From: a virus
Strand: one strand, 5' to 3'
IMG/VR virus record: IMGVR_UViG_3300028534_000016
Location: 1-28,151 of that record
Length of the DNA stretch: 28,151 bases
Part shown: positions 1-8,278 of the stretch, piece after piece
How the letters are laid out: every line of letters starts with the position of its first letter
Position numbering within the stretch: the first letter of the stretch is position 1
Program-made: the position numbers and the translations under genes
Notes under the pieces: generated by a model
Databases searched by the model: none
Seen by the model: only the letters and a program-made list of their open reading frames with translations
What the model was told of the DNA's origin: nothing

Positions 1-160
1 CGCTAGGACTAAATCTTTTTCCAGTTATTAAATCACGAATAAATACGCCTTTATAATTATAATCAACTTTAATAAGAGTCATAACTGCTCTGTTATTAAT
101 ATGGCAACCTTTTATCACTACATATTTAGAATATAACCATTTTCTTATATTAATCATCAT
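1..160 (-). CDS. hypothetical protein, partial (runs off left edge)
   Basis: Hand-translated open frame MMINIRKWLYSKYVVIKGCHINNRAVMTL... continuing to position 1; not in the ORF track. Confidence 0.5.
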   Translation of the reverse strand, partial: MMINIRKWLYSKYVVIKGCHINNRAVMTLIKVDYNYKGVFIRDLITGKRFSPS

Positions 161-246
161 TAGTCATTTCAGTATGATATATCGAGAATGTTATCAATAT
201 ACCTATTAAGATTATAGACATATTCGCTATATTTGTATCTACCATA

Positions 247-426
247 TTATCTACTCACATCACATCTTTTTTCATTGTTTTCATATGGGTCATAAACCCC
301 GAAACTAAATACTTTTAACTGTAATTGTGTTTCTGTCAAATCTGGATGCATCAATCTATATATTACACCAACATACATAAACCATCCAACTATCACCAAT
401 ATTAATACTGTAATTACTTTATCCAT
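247..426 (-). CDS. small membrane protein (59 aa)
   Basis: Hand-translated MDKVITVLILVIVGWFMYVGVIYRLMHPDL...; AAGGAGGT RBS at 431-438; promoter motif at 446-468; one hydrophobic helix. Confidence 0.75.
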   Translation of the reverse strand: MDKVITVLILVIVGWFMYVGVIYRLMHPDLTETQLQLKVFSFGVYDPYENNEKRCDVSR

Positions 427-445
427 AATTACCTCCTTATCTTAT

Positions 446-468
446 TATTTAAATAATATATGATTAAA
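446..468 (-). promoter_or_regulatory. putative phage early promoter (TTTAATCATATATTATTTAAATA)
   Basis: Identical 23-mer at 18855-18877; core AWCATATATHAT recurs six times upstream of minus-strand genes; resembles the phiKZ early promoter core TATATTAC. Confidence 0.75.
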
Positions 469-476
469 AATAAATG

Positions 477-591
477 AAAAAAAAAAAAGATAGCGGTAAT
501 TATGTATCTCGCCAACTATCTTTAATGTAGATACATACTAAAGCAATAGTAATTATTGCTAATAGTACATACCCAGTTGATGATAGGTATA
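477..591 (-). other. structured intergenic element (stems, possible pseudoknot, U12 tract)
   Basis: Complementary pairs 501-509/529-537, 488-493/516-521, 542-548/554-560 and 536-540/563-567; A12 at 477-488 reads as a U tail on the minus strand. Confidence 0.45.
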
Positions 592-599
592 TTATAATT

Positions 600-1130
600 T
601 TAATTATCGTATGATGTTCCTTTTACTTTTACTTTCCCGGTATTAAGTAAATGTTGTAGGAAGTGTACTTTTTCTAAAATATGCTTAGCATATTCTTCAC
701 TTCCATTGTAACGCCACCATGTTTTATAGTAGTTATTGTTATTTGCTAAAAGTAAATTTTGTAACTTGCTAATAACATATATTTCACATACTTTTGGCTT
801 AGTAATAAGCATGGTCGTATATTTACTTCTATTCCATATGGTATCTTTAATCTTCATCTCTTTAAAGTACCAGTGTAAGTTAACATGATAAATACCCACA
901 TCATTATGGTCTGTAGATATTTGCCATCTACCACCCATAGACTCTTGCCAGTTAATAGCTGCTAGTGTTAATTGTAGGTTATATGGTAATCCTGCTACAT
1001 AACTCTTAATAATAGAGTTCTTTTCTTCAGTAGACATAGCTTTCCATTCTTGAGCAAGTTTCTCTTGTTCTGTGACTACTGCATAACTTGTATTTACTAT
1101 TAAAAAAAGAAGTATAATAATTTTTAACAT
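600..1130 (-). CDS. secreted lytic transglycosylase (SLT/lysozyme-like fold)
   Basis: N-terminal signal peptide; LAAINWQES catalytic Glu motif, GIYHVN, and RYNG...YA motifs. Confidence 0.75.
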   Translation of the reverse strand: MLKIIILLFLIVNTSYAVVTEQEKLAQEWKAMSTEEKNSIIKSYVAGLPYNLQLTLAAINWQESMGGRWQISTDHNDVGIYHVNLHWYFKEMKIKDTIWNRSKYTTMLITKPKVCEIYVISKLQNLLLANNNNYYKTWWRYNGSEEYAKHILEKVHFLQHLLNTGKVKVKGTSYDN

Positions 1131-1131
1131 A

Positions 1132-1293
1132 TTATACTCCTCTAACTAATCTACGATGAAAGTTCATGATGTAATCTCTTAAGATTAAACCTCTAGTTAA
1201 TCTAAACCAACCATAAGTGAATACATTCATAGGTATATCGTTTTCTAAACAACTATCTATGTACTCTGTTAATTCTTCTCTTTTATTACGCAT
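1132..1293 (-). CDS. hypothetical protein (53 aa)
   Basis: Hand-translated MRNKREELTEYIDSCLENDIPMNVFTYGWFRL...; fills the gap between neighbours; AAAGGA RBS. Confidence 0.6.
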   Translation of the reverse strand: MRNKREELTEYIDSCLENDIPMNVFTYGWFRLTRGLILRDYIMNFHRRLVRGV

Positions 1294-1507
1294 TATCTTT
1301 TCCTTTAAACTTATATATTTTACCAGGTTCTGTAGACATAATTTCTATTTCTATATCATCCACAATTATCCATTCCTCTTCTACTGTTCTTCTGCTAACC
1401 AACATGATATTATCTTTGTGAGTTAAAATATATTGTATTCTATTTTTATAAATAACAATATCATCATATGTTAACTCATTTACTATTAATTCTATATCGC
1501 TAACCAT
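1286..1507 (-). CDS. hypothetical protein
   Basis: ORF track; AGGAG RBS; packed in operon. Confidence 0.7.
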   Translation of the reverse strand: MVSDIELIVNELTYDDIVIYKNRIQYILTHKDNIMLVSRRTVEEEWIIVDDIEIEIMSTEPGKIYKFKGKDNA

Positions 1508-1515
1508 AACTACTC

Positions 1516-1611
1516 CTATCCTATTATGGAGCCAAATAATACGGCTCCTTTTGAAAACATAGATATAAAGAAGTATCCTATTAATCCGTATACGGCTAAT
1601 TTAAAATACAT
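1516..1611 (-). CDS. small hydrophobic peptide (31 aa)
   Basis: MYFKLAVYGLIGYFFISMFSKGAVLFGSIIG; AAGGAGGA RBS; fills the gap between neighbours. Confidence 0.55.
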   Translation of the reverse strand: MYFKLAVYGLIGYFFISMFSKGAVLFGSIIG

Positions 1612-1622
1612 CTTAATCCTCC

Positions 1623-1823
1623 TTATATTTTTACTTTTTCTAAATCAACTTGAACGTTGCTGCATTTATCGTTACTCCAAATAGTAACTGAACCATTTTC
1701 TACACCATACATATGTCCAGTAGGTTTCTTACTTAAAGGACCTACTTCTCTTGCTAACGTGCCTGCTTCATTTACTTCTACTAATTTCTCCACACCATCT
1801 ACTGTAATTTTGTTATAACTCAT
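1623..1823 (-). CDS. hypothetical protein
   Basis: ORF track; AGGAG RBS; directly downstream of promoter motif 1848-1884. Confidence 0.75.
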   Translation of the reverse strand: MSYNKITVDGVEKLVEVNEAGTLAREVGPLSKKPTGHMYGVENGSVTIWSNDKCSNVQVDLEKVKI

Positions 1824-1847
1824 GATTTACTCCTGTTATTGTATGTT

Positions 1848-1884
1848 TAATCTACTTTTATTATATATGTTCATAACTATTTGG
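1848..1884 (-). promoter_or_regulatory. putative early promoter within a 37-bp repeat
   Basis: 35/37 identical to 10261-10297; contains AACATATATAAT on the minus strand. Confidence 0.75.
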
Positions 1885-1886
1885 GA

Positions 1887-3008
1887 TTACATAACTAGAG
1901 ATAATTCTTCTTCAAATATTTTTAACTCATTCACAGTAAGGTTATGTTTACTCATTTCATCGCTCATTAGTTCTCTTATATTATCTGGTGTTATTTGGAA
2001 ACTATCTATTTTAGGCATGTCTAATAACTTATCTTGGTCTAGCTTAGTATCTTTCTTTTCTTTACTTTCTATCTTAATATAATAATTAGGATACTTATGC
2101 TTAACAGCATCTTTACTCTTTTTAAGAGAACTATCTTTGTTAACTAATATCCTTACATAACTATGTTCTTTTATCTTACGTATATCCTCGTCTAATAACT
2201 TATATACTGTGTCATCATCTATTCCGGAATAATTAAGTGTTTTAAATATCATACTATTTTTATTCGGTATAAAAATATATTCCATATCGTTATGTTCTTT
2301 ATCAATAGTGATGACCATACCACCTTTGTCTTCTTCTTCGTTATGTGTTAATCTATCAAAACTACCTTGTGCCAATATTCTACCATTAACACTATGTATG
2401 TGTATATGTCCTATACTAATATAATATTTAACTATATCTAAATAATCATTTTCGTTATGGCTACTTTCTAAAACTATCATAGGTAACTGATAATGAAACT
2501 GACCATGCATAATAGCTATATCTACTTGTGTTAAATGTTCTTCTTCCAATAACTTCTTAACATCTTCATATGTTTCACTAGCTTTATGTTTATACTCGTC
2601 AGGAACATATAAAATAGTTAAACCTAAATCTTCCATCTTCTCAATAGCTAATGTATCTATGTATTTAAAATCTAAATCTAAATTAGTTTCTTTTAATACT
2701 GTATTAAGTACTGACGCTTGGCGCCAATCATGTCCTGGTGTTCCTTCTAATATTCTTAACTTAATATTATTGTGTTTACAATACATAGCTAATGTAGTTA
2801 GCCACTCTAATGCTAATAGAAATGCTTTACTTCCGTTTACTAATAACTTATCGAATATATCTCCAGCTATAAATATAATATCCAAATGTTTAAATATTTT
2901 ATGGTTGTCTTCAAAATAGGTTCTTAAGTTAGCTACTATATTCTCAGTAGGGTTTTTATCGTGTCCTAAGTGTATATCTGATAATACTAAATATCTAATA
3001 GGTTTCAT
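1887..3008 (-). CDS. sbcD: SbcD/Mre11-like metallophosphoesterase nuclease
   Basis: SDIHLG, AGDIFD, GTPGHD, MHGQF and GHIH motifs; start placed at MKPIRY (AAGGAG RBS at 3014-3019). Confidence 0.85.
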   Translation of the reverse strand: MKPIRYLVLSDIHLGHDKNPTENIVANLRTYFEDNHKIFKHLDIIFIAGDIFDKLLVNGSKAFLLALEWLTTLAMYCKHNNIKLRILEGTPGHDWRQASVLNTVLKETNLDLDFKYIDTLAIEKMEDLGLTILYVPDEYKHKASETYEDVKKLLEEEHLTQVDIAIMHGQFHYQLPMIVLESSHNENDYLDIVKYYISIGHIHIHSVNGRILAQGSFDRLTHNEEEDKGGMVITIDKEHNDMEYIFIPNKNSMIFKTLNYSGIDDDTVYKLLDEDIRKIKEHSYVRILVNKDSSLKKSKDAVKHKYPNYYIKIESKEKKDTKLDQDKLLDMPKIDSFQITPDNIRELMSDEMSKHNLTVNELKIFEEELSLVM

Positions 3009-3079
3009 TATTGCTCCTTGAATCATCATTAATGTCCAATCTATATAAAAACAAAACAGACCCGACCCCGGAGCTAACG

Positions 3080-3350
3080 ATTACTGCTTGTTATTCTATT
3101 TGGGTAGTTATTTTTCTATATTTCAATTTATTCTTCTATTAATATTATTACAGCGATTAAAAGAATTAATTTAATTAAAAGAATACAATTCTATTACAGC
3201 ATATTTTGCTATTTATATTTTTCTATTTGCTATTATATGAAACTATATTAATCTAGTACATATAATTGTTAATATATAGTTTCCTACTGATGACCGAGAC
3301 AGCATTCTCGGAGAATGTAGAAGCTGGCAACCAGACAAGCTAATTACTGC
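3080..3350 (+). repeat. four direct ATTACWGC octamers (3080, 3147, 3193, 3343)
   Basis: Seen directly in a long AT-rich non-coding region. Confidence 0.55.
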
Positions 3351-3370
3351 GTATTAAAAATAAAACCTAT

Positions 3371-3447
3371 TCTCTTCTTTCTTTTTGAAAGGAGGGGGAG
3401 AGGGGCGCTAGCCCCTCTGTGGGGGAGGAAAACTTTTTCTTTCTTCT
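3371..3447 (+). other. mirror-symmetric pyrimidine/purine tracts around a GC hairpin (origin or ncRNA candidate)
   Basis: tcttctttcttttt-g-aaaggaggggg [agaggggc gcta gcccctct gt] gggggaggaaa-ac-tttttctttcttct. Confidence 0.6.
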
Positions 3448-3472
3448 AGTTTCTTAAGTTATGTTATAATGT

Positions 3473-3505
3473 TATAGTATGGAGCTAAATTAGCTCCATA
3501 CTATA
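3473..3505. terminator. palindromic hairpin, family copy 1
   Basis: tatagtatggagcta-aat-tagctccatactata, 15-bp perfect stem. Confidence 0.65.
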
Positions 3506-3555
3506 TGTGTATATTTTTTTTATATTTTAGATGATATATTATTTAAGGAAATATT

Positions 3556-4032
3556 ATGAAAATGTCAAGAACTGATATTAAACTCATTATACGTTATTTA
3601 GTTATAATGTATTTATTATATTTAGCAACTAAAATTATACAACCTGAATGGTTAAATTCTGTAGACTATTTATCAGGAACAGCATTATCAGTATTGGTTG
3701 GTTCTGTTTATGGTGCATTAGGATTAGTATTAAAAGCACACTTTAAATACGGTCCAAATAAAGACGATAAAGATGAAGACAATATAATTATCACGAAAGA
3801 TATAAAGATTGCTTCTAGGTACCTTATTTTATTCTATATGATGTATTTAATAACATATGTTACAAGCATTGAATGGTTAGAATCTGTTAAGGACATTAAA
3901 GACACACCAATGTCTGTTATATTAGGCTCAGTTTATGGTGCCTTGATTATAGTATTGGGTGCTCACTTTGAATATAAAGTAGATGATACTAATATAAACT
4001 TACCTAATGTAAATAGCGGTAATAGATATTAA
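3556..4032 (+). CDS. membrane protein made of two tandem 2-TM repeats (holin-like candidate)
   Basis: Internal duplication DIK..RYL...Y..YL.T....EWL.SV.....T..SV..GSVYGAL..VL.AHF.Y occurs twice; AAGGA RBS. Confidence 0.7.
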   Translation: MKMSRTDIKLIIRYLVIMYLLYLATKIIQPEWLNSVDYLSGTALSVLVGSVYGALGLVLKAHFKYGPNKDDKDEDNIIITKDIKIASRYLILFYMMYLITYVTSIEWLESVKDIKDTPMSVILGSVYGALIIVLGAHFEYKVDDTNINLPNVNSGNRY

Positions 4033-4048
4033 AAAAAAAAATAATGTT

Positions 4049-4077
4049 ATAGTATAGAGCAATAAGCTCTATACTAT
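4049..4077. terminator. palindromic hairpin, family copy 2 (bidirectional terminator candidate)
   Basis: atagtatagagc-aataa-gctctatactat between convergent genes; A-run just upstream. Confidence 0.75.
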
Positions 4078-4418
4078 TTACAATTGTATTTTGCTCTTAC
4101 TAAATCTATTTCAGATATCTTATATCCAGTTACTTCTTCATACCACATGACACTAGCATGTTTTACTAAACAAGGATATATTATATCAAATCCTGTACTA
4201 GCTTTTAACGCTGTTAAATCTAAAAGATGTTTGTGTGGATGAGTTATTGTATCGAAGTTATCAGCTAAATGACTACATATTTCGTTAAACAAAAAATCAT
4301 CATAAACGTTTACATCTAATTCATAATACAAATAACTAGACATGAGATAATGACTAACTAATTTATTAATAGGAGTAGACTTTACGTCTACTATCCTATT
4401 TCTTTCGTCTCTTTCCAT
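4074..4418 (-). CDS. stand-alone protein resembling NAD-dependent DNA ligase subdomain Ia
   Basis: SYLYYELDVNVYDDFLFNEIC resembles the LigA Ia YY..D.P.I.D..YD motif; start moved to MERDER (AAGGA RBS). Confidence 0.55.
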   Translation of the reverse strand: MERDERNRIVDVKSTPINKLVSHYLMSSYLYYELDVNVYDDFLFNEICSHLADNFDTITHPHKHLLDLTALKASTGFDIIYPCLVKHASVMWYEEVTGYKISEIDLVRAKYNCK

Positions 4419-6708
4419 TGTTTTTTCCTTTAACAGGAGCATTCTTCATAAGTTCCTTAACTTCTTCTAAAGATAACTTCTCTAAGTCTTCTCTAGTTAA
4501 GTTTTTAGGAATCTTATAGTTCTTCTTATCTTGTTTAATGTAATATCCCCATGGTCCTTCCAATACCGTAATGTTATCTTTGTCAAATCGTTGCACTATA
4601 GCTTTAGCTCTTTTCTCTTCTATGCGTTTGATTATCTCTAAAGCTTCTTGCAATTGAATCTCTTCAATATCGGTATCGTCTTTACCTAAGGAATAATACT
4701 TACCATTACAAACAATATGCGGACCAAATCTACCTTTATTAACCTTAACTTCATAACCCTCTTTAGTTGTACCTAATAGTTTAGGGTATGCTAAAAGTTT
4801 AAGTGCTTGGTCAATAGTTATGTCTTCAGCTCTCATACCTTTAGGAATACTAGCAACAGGTAGCTTCTCTTTACTATCCTCTTCTTTCTTACCAAGTTGC
4901 ACATATTCTCCAAATCTACCCATTCTACGATAAATAGTGATTCCTGTATTAGGGTCTACTCCAACTTCTTTGTGTTCAGAATAATTTACTCTTTCACCAT
5001 CAGATTTCTCATTTACTGTAGTTATGAAACCAGTATAAAAGTCTTTAATAACTTCTTGCCATTTCTTTTTACCTTCAGCTACTTCGTCAAACTCTTCCTC
5101 AATCTTAGCAGTAAATTTTAAGTCAACTATTTTAGGAAAGTTTTCTACTAAGTAATCATTAACAACCATACCGATACCGGTAGTAGCTAATTTTTTATCA
5201 TCAGTCTTTTCTACATAACCTCTATTCATAATCGATGTAATAGTGGTAGCATATGTAGATGGTCTACCGATACCTTCAGTTTCTAACTTCTTAATAAGTG
5301 TAGCTTCGTTATATCTACTAGGGGGTTTAGTAAAGTGTTGTTCTGTAACTAAGTTTGTCTCTTTAAAGATAGTTCCTTTAGATACATTAGGTAAAAACTT
5401 ATCTTGGTTATTATTACCAGTACCATCATCTGAACCACTATTATAGACTTTAAGATAACCAGGAAATAAGATTTTAGTTCCTTTAGCTACAAATTCATAG
5501 TTCTTATCTTTACCACCTAAGATTTTATAAGTAGTATTAGCTACTTTAGCTTGTTGCATCTGTGTAGCTACAGTACGTTTCCATATGAGGTCATATAACT
5601 TAAATTCATAAGCATCAAGGTATGGTTTAACCATATCTGGAGTAAGACCTATGTTAGAAGGACGAATAGCTTCATGGGCTTCCTGTGCTCCTTTAGCTTT
5701 CTTACCGTATCTGCGTGGTTCTTGTAAAACATAATCATTACCAAAAGTTTTAAGAATAAATTCTTTAGCAGCTTGTAATGCTGTATTAGATAAGTTAGTG
5801 CTGTCTGTACGCATATATGTAATTAAACCACCAGTATGTCCGGGTATTCTCATTTGTCCCTCATAGAGTTTCTGTGCAGTCGACATAGTGACTTTGGGAG
5901 ACATATTGAGATTAGAAGAAGCAGCTTGTTGTAGTGATGATGTAATGAAAGGAGGCGGAGGCGTTCTCTTAGTTTCTTTCTCTACAATATCGTCTAAAAC
6001 ATAATCACTACTATCACAATCTTTCTTAATAAGAGTAGCTTCTTGTTCGTTTCTAACATTAGCTTTTTTACCATTTACTTTTGCTAACTCAGCATTAAAC
6101 TCTGGTTTAGATAAGATAGCTAGTTTTAACTTCCAGTATTCTTCAGGAATGAAAGCATTTATCTCTTTATCTCTATCAGCTATGATTCTAACAGCAGCAG
6201 ATTGTACTCTACCAGCACTTAAACCATATTTAATTTTAGTCCATAATAATGGTGATAAAATATAACCAACTATTCTATCTAGGACTCTACGAGCAGTAGC
6301 AGCATCAGCTAAATTATAATCTATCTTTCTAGGATGTTTCATTGCTTCTAAGATAGCTGATTTAGTAATCTCGTGAAAGACTATACGTTTATAATCTTTA
6401 AGTTTAAGAACCTTCTCTAAGTGCATTGCTATTGATTCACCCTCACGGTCATCATCTGTAGCTAGCCACACTGTAGTATTAGGTCCTATAAGAGATTTTA
6501 ATTCTCTAACAACTTTAAACTTATCTTTAGTAACATTGAATTCTGGTTCAAAGTTATTTTCAGGATCAAATCCTAACTTGTTTTTCGGTAAGTCGGTGAC
6601 ATGTCCGAAACTAGCCTTTACAACAAAGTCTCTTCCTAATATTTTCTCTATAGTATTACGTTTACCAGGAGATTCAATTATGACTAAATTATCTACACCT
6701 TTACTCAT
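4396..6708 (-). CDS. topA: DNA topoisomerase I (type IA)
   Basis: Toprim IIESPGK and ATDDDREGE; SAGRVQS; catalytic ITYMRTDS; AQEAHEAIRP; GIGRPSTYA; C-terminal GRFG/GPWG repeats and a basic tail, no zinc ribbons. Confidence 0.97.
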   Translation of the reverse strand: MSKGVDNLVIIESPGKRNTIEKILGRDFVVKASFGHVTDLPKNKLGFDPENNFEPEFNVTKDKFKVVRELKSLIGPNTTVWLATDDDREGESIAMHLEKVLKLKDYKRIVFHEITKSAILEAMKHPRKIDYNLADAATARRVLDRIVGYILSPLLWTKIKYGLSAGRVQSAAVRIIADRDKEINAFIPEEYWKLKLAILSKPEFNAELAKVNGKKANVRNEQEATLIKKDCDSSDYVLDDIVEKETKRTPPPPFITSSLQQAASSNLNMSPKVTMSTAQKLYEGQMRIPGHTGGLITYMRTDSTNLSNTALQAAKEFILKTFGNDYVLQEPRRYGKKAKGAQEAHEAIRPSNIGLTPDMVKPYLDAYEFKLYDLIWKRTVATQMQQAKVANTTYKILGGKDKNYEFVAKGTKILFPGYLKVYNSGSDDGTGNNNQDKFLPNVSKGTIFKETNLVTEQHFTKPPSRYNEATLIKKLETEGIGRPSTYATTITSIMNRGYVEKTDDKKLATTGIGMVVNDYLVENFPKIVDLKFTAKIEEEFDEVAEGKKKWQEVIKDFYTGFITTVNEKSDGERVNYSEHKEVGVDPNTGITIYRRMGRFGEYVQLGKKEEDSKEKLPVASIPKGMRAEDITIDQALKLLAYPKLLGTTKEGYEVKVNKGRFGPHIVCNGKYYSLGKDDTDIEEIQLQEALEIIKRIEEKRAKAIVQRFDKDNITVLEGPWGYYIKQDKKNYKIPKNLTREDLEKLSLEEVKELMKNAPVKGKNNGKRRKK

Positions 6709-6718
6709 TTAGTTTCCT

Positions 6719-7078
6719 TTATTTTATCATTCCTAATACAGTATACCAATATTTTCTAACATATGGATTAGGATGTTTATTTTTTATTATTTTCATAGCT
6801 AACAATGTATGTTCGTACCAATGTTCACTATACTCTCGCGTTTCAATCATAATACCTGCTACGTCTATCTCTGGTAATATTTTATCATCACAATAACCTG
6901 TTCCTTCCTTATATGGATTAGTAATAAGATATCTAATCATTTTAGTTATCTTTTTACAATTAGTGTTAATATAGGGTTCATCTATATCTATTCCTCTTAA
7001 ACTACTTATAAGAAAACCAAACTCATGCGGTTTAGTATCTACGTATACCCAATCTTGAATCTGTTCTTTATTGTTCAT
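6719..7078 (-). CDS. hypothetical protein
   Basis: ORF track; start moved to MNNKEQ (GGAG RBS). Confidence 0.7.
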   Translation of the reverse strand: MNNKEQIQDWVYVDTKPHEFGFLISSLRGIDIDEPYINTNCKKITKMIRYLITNPYKEGTGYCDDKILPEIDVAGIMIETREYSEHWYEHTLLAMKIIKNKHPNPYVRKYWYTVLGMIK

Positions 7079-7616
7079 CACACACTCCATCAAAGTCCAT
7101 AGTTATTAACCATTCATGAGAGTTAATATTTTTAAGCTGCATACAATATACCATGCTCTGTTCAGTTATTTTTGCTATTACATTACCGATATAATTATGT
7201 ATATCACAAATATCATTATCTTTTGAATTTATATCGTTATTAATTAGTTCCAAATTATGTATCTTTACAAAGTTATAAGTTATTACTTCTTTAGTAGTAA
7301 ACAACATAGTAAAAAAATCTTTAATTTTATCGAATAAAGATTTCTTTAATTTTGTTTTTATAAGATCACTATTTATTCTAAAATAGCGATTCCCTGGTAT
7401 CGATATATATTTATCATATTTACCATTGATAGTTATAGATATACCTAATGCATCTATCAGATTAAATCCCATGGCTATATTTATATCACAACCACCACCA
7501 GATATTTCTTTTAATAACGCACCTAAATCACTATACCAAACATCTGTATTTGGGTTAGTGTTATAATAAACCACACCATCTTTACATATCTTTATTTTAA
7601 TTATGGTTACTTCCAT
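7068..7616 (-). CDS. hypothetical protein
   Basis: ORF track; overlaps both neighbours in the operon. Confidence 0.7.
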   Translation of the reverse strand: MEVTIIKIKICKDGVVYYNTNPNTDVWYSDLGALLKEISGGGCDINIAMGFNLIDALGISITINGKYDKYISIPGNRYFRINSDLIKTKLKKSLFDKIKDFFTMLFTTKEVITYNFVKIHNLELINNDINSKDNDICDIHNYIGNVIAKITEQSMVYCMQLKNINSHEWLITMDFDGVCDEQ

Positions 7617-8247
7617 TATTTACCCTTTTCTCTTCTATAATCATTACGAAATCATTAAGACCATCATATGGCACCCAATTATGATCTTCTTTAACAATAT
7701 ACTTATCACTATTCTTATATAGTTCATCCCAAAACTCTTTAGAACTAACACACCCACCATCTCCTTCGGAAATTAGTACCAATCTACGGCCTTTTAAATC
7801 ACGTAAGACATCTACCATAAAGTTATCGCAGTACGGAGGCCATATTGACAATATTGTCTTTTTATCTGGATATTTATTTATCGCACTTACAGCATCTAAG
7901 TTTTCTAAATTATCTATACTTAAATCAGACATAACTCTCTCATACCATGGATCATCCTTAAGTGTAGTCATATGTATGTTAGTGTTATATTTATTATTTA
8001 AATAAAAACCAATAATTCCTGTTCCTGCGTTTATTTCTAAAACTTCCTCATCTTTCAAGATTTCTGCTAAGATTTTAAAATTCTCTGAATGTAAAGCAAT
8101 CCAGGCGTAGTCAGTGTATTTACTACGAATAGATATACTTGTTTGTAACCTATTATTTTTGATATACGACTCGTGACTATTTCTTTCTGTTTCTTTAATC
8201 CGTTTACTCATATCGTTAAGTAACTTTTTAGTTTTATGTTCATCCAT
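7597..8247 (-). CDS. class I SAM-dependent methyltransferase-like protein
   Basis: VLEINAGTG motif I, LDAVSAI, LSIWPPY, LISEGDGGC. Confidence 0.65.
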   Translation of the reverse strand: MDEHKTKKLLNDMSKRIKETERNSHESYIKNNRLQTSISIRSKYTDYAWIALHSENFKILAEILKDEEVLEINAGTGIIGFYLNNKYNTNIHMTTLKDDPWYERVMSDLSIDNLENLDAVSAINKYPDKKTILSIWPPYCDNFMVDVLRDLKGRRLVLISEGDGGCVSSKEFWDELYKNSDKYIVKEDHNWVPYDGLNDFVMIIEEKRVNNGSNHN

Positions 8248-8278
8248 TATTTAACTCCTGTTATTATTTGTCTATCTT

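Noticed and set aside
3239-3320. Hammerhead ribozyme (CTGATGA at 3287 with nearby GAAA and stems)
   Set aside because: The stem after CUGAUGA is followed by AGAAU, not GAAA. In the permuted reading, stem I is only 5 nt and stem II does not pair.
3524-3546. Seventh, plus-strand copy of the early promoter (gatatattatttaa)
   Set aside because: It lacks the conserved C of CATATAT and abuts the RBS, so it cannot be told from AT-rich chance
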